This document shows positions 11,091 through 21,400 of a stretch of DNA of 36,195 nt, in pieces. The notes below the pieces were generated by a model, which had not been told where the DNA came from, ran no database searches, and saw only the letters and a list, made by a program, of their open reading frames with translations. Each line of letters starts with the position of its first letter. Position 1 is the stretch's first letter. Source of the stretch: Pirellulales bacterium (GTDB taxonomy: Bacteria > Planctomycetota > Planctomycetia > Pirellulales > UBA1268); contig JBIJCD010000001.1 in the NCBI GenBank assembly GCA_044344895.1, forward strand, positions 1 through 36,195. Reading direction: 5' to 3'. A program made the position numbers and the translations under genes.

Positions 11091-12347
11091 TCACAGCCCC
11101 GCGGTGTCGTTCGCGGTCGCTGTAGGCTGCCGGCTCGCCGCCAGGCGGGTGGCCACCGTGGCGACGTAGTCCTGGTCGGCCGCGGACAGGTCTGCCACGG
11201 CCATCGTCGTATAGCGGCCGTTGATCTTCAGGATCCGCACCGTTTCGGCGTGCAGTTCGGCGAGCCAGCCCTGCGCGTGGTGGTCGCCGGTCGCGTCCGT
11301 CCAACGCCGCATCGGCTCGTCGGGAACGAGCGAGGCGGTGGCGGCGGGCGCGGAGTCCTCGCCGTCGGCCGGAGCAGCGGGCTGCTCCTTCCCTGGAGCC
11401 TCATCCGAGCCGGGCTCCGCTGGATCGGCAGCGTCCTCGGTCACAGTCTCTTCGGTCATTTCCGGCTCGTCAGTCTCGTCCCCCACTTCGTCTTCGAGTT
11501 CATCGAAGAGATTCGGTTCCCGCGGCTCGACCGTCGGTGCCTGAGCCACTGGGGCGGGAGCCGCGGCGAGTTCATCGACGGCGGGCTGGGCGGGCTTCTC
11601 CGGCATCGCCTTGTCGTCGTCGGCGGACGCGGCAGCGTCATTGGCCGGCAGGTCGAGCGATGCCGGCATTGGCTGCTCGGCGGTGGCCGTAGCGGGTTTG
11701 AGGGTGGGCAGGGGCTCCACGGCGAGTCGAGGCTGCGGAGCCGCCGGCTTCGCGGCGGCGGGCTCGGGCATCGCGTCCCGCGCGGCTGGCCCGCCGCCGG
11801 CCGGACCGCCCACGACGATCGTCGGGTCGTGCACGACCACACTTCCGGTCGCCGGGCTGGGTTGGGCCGGATCGCGCTCGGACGGCGCGATAACGACGTG
11901 CCCGACATCACCCTGGACCGACAGACCGTGCTCGATGATGTGGCCGTCGATGACGTGGCCCTCGTCGCTGGCGATGATCTGTTCGGCGTTTTCTGCGCAC
12001 GAACTGCAGCACTCGCCGGCCAGCGGATCGGTCGACACCAGGACGCCCTCGACCCAGGTGACGGCATCGGCGGCGCAGCCCTCCGCGTCGACCGGGCGGC
12101 AGCCGTTACGCTCGATGATCTGGCCGTGCCATGTGGGCGCAGCGTCGGCCCAGGCCGCGGGAGAGGCGTCCGGCCCGGCCACGAGGGTCCAGGAGGGGCA
12201 GGAGCCGTGCCACGGCGCAGGGGGGGTGGCTGGCGGACAGACGCTGCCGCGGCGATGGTGCCGCAGATACCAGCACGCGCGGGCTGAATCCATGAACAGC
12301 GTCGCACAGAGCAGGGCCACGATCATGCAGTGCAGCCAGCGTCGCAC
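11091..12347 (-). CDS. secreted protein with Cys/His-rich N-terminal region, acidic Pro/Ala-rich linker and C-terminal SHD1 (SLA1 homology 1) domain
   Basis: 418-aa ORF with a GTG start preceded by GAGG. Signal peptide RRWLHCMIVALLCATLFMDSARA. The C-terminal RRWTDATGDHHAQGWLAELHAETVRILKINGRYTTMAVADLSAADQDYV matches the SHD1 pattern RxWTDxxG..(A/G)..V.L.K.NG....V....LS..D..YV. Confidence 0.7.
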   Translation of the reverse strand: MRRWLHCMIVALLCATLFMDSARACWYLRHHRRGSVCPPATPPAPWHGSCPSWTLVAGPDASPAAWADAAPTWHGQIIERNGCRPVDAEGCAADAVTWVEGVLVSTDPLAGECCSSCAENAEQIIASDEGHVIDGHIIEHGLSVQGDVGHVVIAPSERDPAQPSPATGSVVVHDPTIVVGGPAGGGPAARDAMPEPAAAKPAAPQPRLAVEPLPTLKPATATAEQPMPASLDLPANDAAASADDDKAMPEKPAQPAVDELAAAPAPVAQAPTVEPREPNLFDELEDEVGDETDEPEMTEETVTEDAADPAEPGSDEAPGKEQPAAPADGEDSAPAATASLVPDEPMRRWTDATGDHHAQGWLAELHAETVRILKINGRYTTMAVADLSAADQDYVATVATRLAASRQPTATANDTAGL

Positions 12348-12503
12348 ACGTCACCTCACGCACGGAAGACTTTCGGGCCCCGGACCAGCGTCGGGAAGTC
12401 GCCCCGGAGGCGTATGCTACTAGCGGGAAATCCGGCCCGCAAACACGGCCGAGGGGGTGGCAGAGCCCGCTTGGTACATCCCCCGTGCGCTGCAGAAAAG
12501 CGA

Positions 12504-12539
12504 GACGGCCGCGGCAGCGTGATCGCTGCCGCGGCCGTC
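12504..12539 (-). terminator. intrinsic terminator-like hairpin (perfect 16-bp GC-rich stem, 4-nt loop) followed on the minus strand by UCGCUUUUCU
   Basis: GACGGCCGCGGCAGCG-TGAT-CGCTGCCGCGGCCGTC. I verified that the arms are exact reverse complements. The T-tract is on the minus-strand 3' side. It lies 340 nt downstream of the nrdJ stop and 157 nt upstream of the next minus-strand start codon. Confidence 0.7.
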
Positions 12540-12877
12540 ATGTGTATCGAGCCTGTTGGCCGCCTGCGAACGGGGTAGAAAACTGCGAAACTGACGCGGA
12601 CCGGCCGTGGTGCGGGCGGGGTCGCCGCCGGCAGGCACGAGCCTGTCGAGGGTCCGGATCAACGCGATGGGGTTGGCACCTCCGACGGGAGCGGGAACAG
12701 GTCGAATGTCGATGCCAGATGTTTCGTCAGGAGGACATGCTCTCCTTCAGACGAAATCGGGCCCGGCCATCCAGCCGTCACCGCCGCTTCCAACGGCACA
12801 GCCACCACACCAGGCACGGCGGCCGGAGCCATCGCAGCAGCCGCGAGGCTACTGGATCGCTCCGGCCGGCCACCGGC

Positions 12878-15943
<3,066 letters not shown>

Positions 15944-15983
15944 GGGGGAGGTGCTCCTCGCGGGTTTGAAACGGGGTGTCTTT

Positions 15984-15999
15984 AGTATACTTCCGTATA
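15984..15999 (-). promoter_or_regulatory. AT-rich palindromic element overlapping a TATACT -10-like box upstream of nrdJ (candidate NrdR-type operator)
   Basis: Only AT-rich island in the nrdJ leader. An 8-bp perfect palindrome AGTATACT (15984-15991) overlaps the inverted repeat TATAC-N4-GTATA (15986-15999). On the minus strand TATACT lies about 40 nt upstream of the ATG at 15943. Confidence 0.4.
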
Positions 16000-16453
16000 G
16001 ATTCCGCTGCAGCCAGTATCGGCTCGCGGCAGGGCATTCCTGAGTCGATCAACCGGCTGGACGGGCCGGGAGGCCGCGACGACGAGAAAGCAGCTCCTTC
16101 TGCATGCTATCGCAAGATGTAGTGGCGGTCGTCCGGGTGACCACTTCCTGTGGGCCGGGGCGTGAATGTAGCGTGAGCGTTTCGGGAGTCAAGCGACTTT
16201 CCGGGACCTGCGAAAACGTCCCCGAAAACGGGTGTTTCCGGCCGCGGTTCCGGCCGCGGGGCAAAGTGGCGTGAACCGCTCTTCGGGGGGGTTTTCGCCG
16301 GGCCGCTCGCCACGGCAGCTCAGGGGGGCGACAATGGCATGAACGGGAGGCTCCGCGCGGCGGTGCCGGAAGCCGGGACTCCACCCGATCGTGGCCGGGC
16401 AGGAACGCGTTTTCTTCGTTCCCACTTCCTCGTCCCCACCAGGAGATCGCGAC

Positions 16454-17056
16454 ATGCACAGCCACTCGACACACCCCAAAGCGGCCCAGCTGCACGGCCA
16501 GACGGCCGGTCCCGCCGCGCAGCGGCCGCTCGCGGGCGTCCGCGTCCTCGCCCTGGTTGGCGACGACTACGAGGATCTGGAGCTCTGGTACCCGAAGCTG
16601 CGGCTCGAGGAGGCCGGTGGCCATGTCACCCTGGCCGGCGGCCTGTCGGGTCACACGTACTCGGGCAAGCACGGCTATCCGTGCAGGAGCGACGCGGCGA
16701 TCGCCGACATGGAGGCGGCCGACTTCCACGGTATCGTCCTGCCAGGCGGCTGGATGCCCGACAAGCTCCGCCGCGACGAGAAAGTGCTCGATCTCGTGAA
16801 GGAGTTCGCCGCCACGGGCAAGCTCGTCGCGGCGATCTGCCACGGCGGCTGGATCGCGATCTCGGCCGGCGTGTATCGCGGTGTCCGTGTGACCGGCAGC
16901 CCGGGCATCAAGGACGATCTGATGAATGCCGGCGCGATCTGGGAGGATGCGCCGGTGGTGGTGGACAGGCATTTCGTGTCGAGCCGCAAGCCGGGCGACC
17001 TGCCTGTCTTCATGGCGGCGATCGTGGAGATGCTGGCGGCTCTGGCGGTGGAGTAG
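16454..17056 (+). CDS. DJ-1/PfpI family protein (PfpI-type peptidase/deglycase)
   Basis: ATG at 16454 preceded by AGGAGA (16441-16446). It is strongly collinear with Pyrococcus PfpI as I recall it: DYEDLELWYP, GKHGY, VLPGG, AAICHGGWIAISAG (nucleophile elbow Cys-His), GIKDDLMNAG, VVVDRHFVSSRKPGDLP. Confidence 0.85.
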   Translation: MHSHSTHPKAAQLHGQTAGPAAQRPLAGVRVLALVGDDYEDLELWYPKLRLEEAGGHVTLAGGLSGHTYSGKHGYPCRSDAAIADMEAADFHGIVLPGGWMPDKLRRDEKVLDLVKEFAATGKLVAAICHGGWIAISAGVYRGVRVTGSPGIKDDLMNAGAIWEDAPVVVDRHFVSSRKPGDLPVFMAAIVEMLAALAVE

Positions 17057-17065
17057 GATGGTGGC

Positions 17066-17575
17066 GTGAGCACTCCAGATCCCGGATCGATCGACGCCGT
17101 CAAAGCCCTCGTCCGCGGGGCGGGGCTGCGGTGCACCGCGGCGCGGCTGGCGGTGATGCAGCAGATGGTGTCGGCCGCCGGGCCGCTGACGCACGCGGAG
17201 GTGTCGCAATCGCTCGATCACCTGGGCTTCGACAAGGCGACGATCTACCGCAACCTCACGGAGCTCACCGAGGCGAAGCTCGTCACGCGGGTCGACCTCG
17301 GCGACCACGTCTGGAGGTTCGAGCTGCGGCGCCACGAGGGGGGCGGCGGCCACGGCGGCGACCACCCGCACTTCGTCTGCACGACGTGCGGCGAGGTGTC
17401 GTGCCTGGATGGCGTCGACGTGGCGATCACGCCGCGGCCCGGGGCGGAGAAGCCGGCCGCGGGCGGCGGTGGGAAGCGGGCGGGCCGCCGCACCGGCAAG
17501 GCGTCCGGCAGCCGCCGCGGAGTGCCCGCGGTGACGGAGGTGCTCCTCAAGGGCACCTGCGAGAACTGCGAGTGA
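17066..17575 (+). CDS. Fur family transcriptional regulator
   Basis: 169-aa ORF with a GTG start 9 nt after the PfpI stop. Winged-helix block LRCTAARLAVMQQM..PLTHAEV...ATIYRNLTELTEAKLV. HPHFVCTTCG and C-terminal CENC metal motifs. An unusual Gly/Arg/Lys-rich insert lies between the two CxxC pairs. Confidence 0.8.
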   Translation: MSTPDPGSIDAVKALVRGAGLRCTAARLAVMQQMVSAAGPLTHAEVSQSLDHLGFDKATIYRNLTELTEAKLVTRVDLGDHVWRFELRRHEGGGGHGGDHPHFVCTTCGEVSCLDGVDVAITPRPGAEKPAAGGGGKRAGRRTGKASGSRRGVPAVTEVLLKGTCENCE

Positions 17576-18732
17576 CGCTGGGCGAGGCCGTCGGATGCGC
17601 TCTGCTCCGCCTCCTGGGCTTCGTGGTGCCTGCATTCCTGCTGGCGGCCTGCTTCGCCGGCCCCGTCGGGATCGTGATGATCCGGCCGGTCGATCGCGAG
17701 GTCGTGCAGCGGTGCGAGGACGGCACGGGCGAGGTGCAGGTCGCGGGCCGGCTCGCGGGCCTCGATGCCACCGTGATCGGCATCGAGGCGCGTCTGATCG
17801 CCGCGGGGGGCGACGGCCAGGAGTGGCGGACGCTGACGGTGGAGGAGGGGAGCCGCGGCTTCGCCGGTCGGCTGCGGATTCCCGGGGGCGGCTGGTACCG
17901 GCTCGAGGTGCGGGCCGTCCGGGCCGGCGCCGTGGTGGCCGCGACCAGCGTGGAAAGGGTCGGTGTCGGCGAGATCTTCGTCGTCGCCGGCCAGTCGAAT
18001 TCGGCCAACTACGGCGAAACGCGGCAGCAGCCGCGATCGGATCGGGTCGTGGCCCACGACGGCGTCCGCTGGCGTGTCGCACAGGACCCGCAGCCCGGGG
18101 CCGGTGGCTCCGGCGGCAGCTTCATACCGCCGCTGGGCGACGCTCTCGAGCAGGCGTGCGACGTGCCGGTGGCCTTCGTCGCCTGCGGTCTGGGCGGCAC
18201 GAGCGTCCGGGAATGGCTGCCCGAGGGGGAGCGGTTTCCGCACCCGCCTACGGTGGAGCGCCGCGTCAGGCGGCGGGACGACGGCGGCTGGGAGAGCGAC
18301 GGCCGGGCCTACGCCAATCTCGTCACGCGGATGCGGCAGCTCGGCCCCCGCGGCTTCCGCGCCGTGCTCTGGCACCAGGGGGAGAGCGACGCCAACCAGC
18401 AGGATGCCTCCCGCACGCTGCCCGGCGGGCTCTACCGCGAGTATCTCGCAATGATCGTCCGCCGCTCCCGGGCCGACATCGGCTGGGACGCTCCATGGTT
18501 CGTCGCGCAGGCCACCTACCACGTGCCGGGCGACGAATCGTCGCCCGACATCCGCGCGGCGCAGGCCGCGGTCGTCGCCGACGGCGTGGCGTTGGCCGGC
18601 CCCGACACCGACGCGCTCACAGGCGAGCTGCGGGAGCGGGGCGGTGCCGGCGTGCACTTCAGCGACGCTGGCCTCAAGGCCCATGCCGCCGTCTGGGCGG
18701 AGATCCTCGTGCCCTGGATCCGCGGGCGGTGA
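17572..18732 (+). CDS. SASA/DUF303-type carbohydrate esterase (sialate O-acetylesterase-like), probable lipoprotein
   Basis: GTG at 17572 overlaps the Fur TGA (GTGA). N-terminal hydrophobic segment with lipobox-like LAAC. Motifs VVAGQSNSANYG, ACGLGGTSVREW, VLWHQGESDA, GVHFS. A later ATG (MIRPVD) is an alternative start. Confidence 0.7.
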   Translation: MTLGEAVGCALLRLLGFVVPAFLLAACFAGPVGIVMIRPVDREVVQRCEDGTGEVQVAGRLAGLDATVIGIEARLIAAGGDGQEWRTLTVEEGSRGFAGRLRIPGGGWYRLEVRAVRAGAVVAATSVERVGVGEIFVVAGQSNSANYGETRQQPRSDRVVAHDGVRWRVAQDPQPGAGGSGGSFIPPLGDALEQACDVPVAFVACGLGGTSVREWLPEGERFPHPPTVERRVRRRDDGGWESDGRAYANLVTRMRQLGPRGFRAVLWHQGESDANQQDASRTLPGGLYREYLAMIVRRSRADIGWDAPWFVAQATYHVPGDESSPDIRAAQAAVVADGVALAGPDTDALTGELRERGGAGVHFSDAGLKAHAAVWAEILVPWIRGR

Positions 18733-18768
18733 GCCGGCCGGCCGCGCCGGGTCGGGAACGTTCCCGGC

Positions 18769-19635
18769 TCAGCGGGCCAGGAGCCGCTCCAGCCGCGGCT
18801 TGAGCCGGCTGGCGAACAGCTCATAGCCGCCGTCCTGCGTGAGGTGGATGGTGTCGGGCGTGAACAGGCCGGCCTTGAGCCTGCCGTCGGCGTCGACCAT
18901 CTCGCCCGAGATGTCGAGCACCTCCACCAGCGGATCGGATTCGAGCTCGAGTGCGTCGAGCGCCGCGTTGACCTTTCGGATGTCCTCGTAGAAGGGATTG
19001 CCGGGGGCGTGCGCCGGAAACACCTTCACGAGCACCAGCGGCGTCCGCGGGAACTTCTCGCGGAGGTTGTCGGCGCAGGCCTTGATGCCGCGGGCCGCGG
19101 CCTCGATGCCGGTCTCCGGCGTGAAGAACATGTTGTTGTTGCCGATGAGGAGCACCATCGCCCGCGGCTCGAGCCCCTCCACGCCACCATGGTCGAGCCG
19201 CCAGAGCACGTTTTGCGTCTTGTCGCCGCCGATGCCGATGTTGACGGTTTTCAAAGTGCCGAAGTGCTTCTGCCAGGCGCCGCCCCACTGCATCGTGATC
19301 GAGTCGCCGACGAGCAGGACGTCGATCGGTCCCTGGTTGGCCTCGACCGTCTTGACGAGGCCGGCGTGCGTGTCGAGCCAGCTGCGGCCGCCCCAGAAGC
19401 CGGCCGAGGGCACGACCGGCCAGAGCCGCGGCATGTGCTGCCCGACCTCGGCGCCCGGCCGCCGTGCGTGCTCGGGCTGGAGCACGTAGGCCTCCTCCTC
19501 GGGCGAGAGCGGCCAGCCGGTCTTCTGCGGCTCGGGCGTCGCGTGGGCATAGTCGATCGCCCGGGCGGCCGGCGGCACGGTGGCGGTCGCGAGCGCGACG
19601 AGGGCGAGCGACACGAACGGAAGGCGGGCTGGCAT
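18769..19635 (-). CDS. SGNH/GDSL hydrolase family esterase (PAF-acetylhydrolase-IB-like)
   Basis: 288-aa ORF with signal peptide MPARLPFVSLALVALATATVPPAARA. SGNH blocks: I LLVGDSIT, II GIGGDKT, III LLIGNNN, V PDTIHLT. Confidence 0.8.
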   Translation of the reverse strand: MPARLPFVSLALVALATATVPPAARAIDYAHATPEPQKTGWPLSPEEEAYVLQPEHARRPGAEVGQHMPRLWPVVPSAGFWGGRSWLDTHAGLVKTVEANQGPIDVLLVGDSITMQWGGAWQKHFGTLKTVNIGIGGDKTQNVLWRLDHGGVEGLEPRAMVLLIGNNNMFFTPETGIEAAARGIKACADNLREKFPRTPLVLVKVFPAHAPGNPFYEDIRKVNAALDALELESDPLVEVLDISGEMVDADGRLKAGLFTPDTIHLTQDGGYELFASRLKPRLERLLAR

Positions 19636-19759
19636 GGCAAAACGCTCCTCGGCGTGTGGCCGCTCGTCCCGAGACTACACTCGACTCCCGTCTCGTGCAG
19701 GAGAGGCCACTCGCCCGCGCGGGCGGCGTTTACGAGGTCAACGTCCCGGTCGGCTCGTC

Positions 19760-20944
19760 ATGGCATCATCGCACACCCCGCCAGCCTCCCAGACGCAGCG
19801 CGAGCGGCTCCATCAGATCGACGGCCTGCGGGCGGCCGCCTGCCTGATGGTCGTCGCGGCCCACTGCCTCACCAAGCCGGTGTGCGACCTGATCGCCAGC
19901 CGGGGCGCGGAGGATGTCGCCCGGTTCATCGCCCGGATCCCGGCGTCCGGCGTGGAGTTCTTCTTCGTGCTCAGCGGCGTCGTGCTGCTGCGGCCCTACC
20001 TCCGCGGCGAGAAAGCGTTCGACGCGTGGCGGTATGCCTCCCGCCGCTTCCTGCGCATCTATCCGCCCTACTGGGCGTGCCTGCTGGCGAGCGTGCCGCT
20101 GGTCATCTTCGCCGGCCGGTTTCCGACCTGGTACAGCGCCGAACTCATCCCGCCCTTCCGCTGGCAGGACGTGTGGGCGCAGGTGCCGCTGGTCGTCGAG
20201 CACCCCGTGTCCTACAACGCGGCGTGGTGGAGCCTGGCGATCGAGGTGCTCTTCTACGCGTTCGTGCCGGTCGTCGTCTGGTTCGGCCAGGGCACGCCCT
20301 TTCGTCCCTGGCTGGCGGTCGCGATGGGATGCGGTTTGACGCTGGCTTCCCTGTGGTGCCATGCGATCGTGCCGCTGCCGGTGCGCGAGGTCGTGCCGGT
20401 GTCGACGAGCATCTGCCGGTTCGCGATCTGCTTCTTCATGGGCATCGTGATCGCCAAGACCGACCTTGCCCCGGCCGTGGCGGCGGTGCTGATGGCGGCG
20501 GGTCTCGTCGTGGTGGCACTGGTGCCCGCGCGGACGGGAAGCGAGGCGACCGCGGGGTTCGCGCTCTTCTACGGCGGCCTGGTCGCGACGGTCCTGCGTC
20601 CCGGTGTGCTGCAGCGGTTTTTCTCACAGCCCTTGGCGATCTGGATCGGGGAGCGTTCCTACTCGATCTTCCTGATCCACTTCACGATCTTCTACCTCAC
20701 GAACTACGCCCTGTCGTTCGTCGTGCCCAGCCGGAACATGACCTACTTCCTGGCATCGCGGCTCATCGGCCTGCCGCTGGCGCTGCTGGCGGCGATGCTG
20801 CTTTTCCACCTGGTGGAACGGCGTTTCGCCCACGGCCTGGTGACGGCGGACTGCTTCTGGCCGGGCAGCTATCTCGCCAGGCAGCGCCAGGCTCGGGCCA
20901 CTGTCGCGCCGGCACGGGGCGGCGCCGAAGCTCCCGTCGCCTGA
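19760..20944 (+). CDS. acyltransferase family 3 (membrane O-acyltransferase)
   Basis: ATG at 19760 inside the 19580..20944 ORF. ERLHQIDGLRAAACLMVVAAHC is the typical acyltransferase-3 N-terminal motif. There are about 10 hydrophobic segments and the block GERSYSIFLIH. Confidence 0.8.
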   Translation: MASSHTPPASQTQRERLHQIDGLRAAACLMVVAAHCLTKPVCDLIASRGAEDVARFIARIPASGVEFFFVLSGVVLLRPYLRGEKAFDAWRYASRRFLRIYPPYWACLLASVPLVIFAGRFPTWYSAELIPPFRWQDVWAQVPLVVEHPVSYNAAWWSLAIEVLFYAFVPVVVWFGQGTPFRPWLAVAMGCGLTLASLWCHAIVPLPVREVVPVSTSICRFAICFFMGIVIAKTDLAPAVAAVLMAAGLVVVALVPARTGSEATAGFALFYGGLVATVLRPGVLQRFFSQPLAIWIGERSYSIFLIHFTIFYLTNYALSFVVPSRNMTYFLASRLIGLPLALLAAMLLFHLVERRFAHGLVTADCFWPGSYLARQRQARATVAPARGGAEAPVA

Positions 20945-20996
20945 GCCATCCAGCCCAGCATGGGCCGCGGTCCGGCCACCGGAATGGGCACCGCGT

Positions 20997-21341
20997 TCAG
21001 TACCGCGGCACGCTCGTGTCGACGTCGGTGCTCCAGGCATCGATGCCGCCCTGCATGCTCGAAACGAGCTGAAAGCCCTTTTCGCGGAGCCAGTGGGTGA
21101 CCCGCAGGCTGCGGACGCCGTGATGGCAGTGGACGATGATCCGCCGGCCGCGCCACTGCTCGAGCTCGCCGATCCGCTCGGGCAGCGCTTGCATCGGCAG
21201 GAGCACCGCGCCGGCGATCCGGGCCGTGGCATGCTCCTCGGGCGTGCGGCAGTCGAGCAGGAGCATCTCTCCCGGATGCGACTCCCAGAGGAGCCTTTTC
21301 GCCTCTGGGGCGGAGATTTCCAGCGGGGCGTCGGCACTCAT
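20997..21341 (-). CDS. rhodanese-like domain protein
   Basis: 114-aa ORF. LLLDCRTPEEH, active-site loop VHCHHGVRS, and GGIDAW. Confidence 0.85.
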   Translation of the reverse strand: MSADAPLEISAPEAKRLLWESHPGEMLLLDCRTPEEHATARIAGAVLLPMQALPERIGELEQWRGRRIIVHCHHGVRSLRVTHWLREKGFQLVSSMQGGIDAWSTDVDTSVPRY

Positions 21342-21400
21342 CGTCGGGCTCTTCGTGAGGATGCGGGTGGACGCGGGCGTTCAAACCGAGCGGCTGCCTT

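Noticed and set aside
12197-12212. Second sigma-54-like motif, TGGCACGGCTCCTGCC, on the minus strand
   Set aside because: It lies inside the SHD1-protein coding sequence about 135-150 nt downstream of its start, with a poor -12 element (CTGCC). This is probably chance in GC-rich DNA.
12722-12760. AGGAGG followed by ATG on the plus strand (12730-12738), suggesting a small gene
   Set aside because: The SD-ATG spacing is only 2 nt. The ORF runs antisense into nrdJ with an Arg/His/Ser-rich translation. The AGGAG is better explained as one arm of the hairpin.
12659-12832. 57-codon minus-strand ORF (MAPAAVPGVVAV...) in the nrdJ 3' region
   Set aside because: GC3 is about 67%, well below neighbouring genes. 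There is no Shine-Dalgarno sequence and no recognisable motif. It is kept only as part of the unexplained-region finding.
16107-16313. 68-aa minus-strand ORF in the nrdJ upstream region
   Set aside because: GC3 is about 68%, there is no SD, and the sequence is Pro/Arg-rich without motifs. It is probably non-coding leader or promoter DNA.
15944-16453. Structured RNA (cobalamin riboswitch, RNase P-like GGAAAGUC, other) in the 510-nt nrdJ/pfpI divergent region
   Set aside because: Only isolated short resemblances (CCGGAAAGUCG, CCGCCACUAC). There is no B12 box and no P4-type pairing partners. A B12 off-switch on a B12-dependent enzyme would also be illogical. The tandem CCGGCCGCGG copies (about 16238-16259) look like GC-rich chance repeats.
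16049-18082. 677-aa minus-strand ORF spanning the PfpI, Fur and esterase genes
   Set aside because: Extremely Arg/Pro/Ala-rich with no motifs. It is antisense to three genes with clear family signatures. This is a typical shadow ORF of a high-GC genome.
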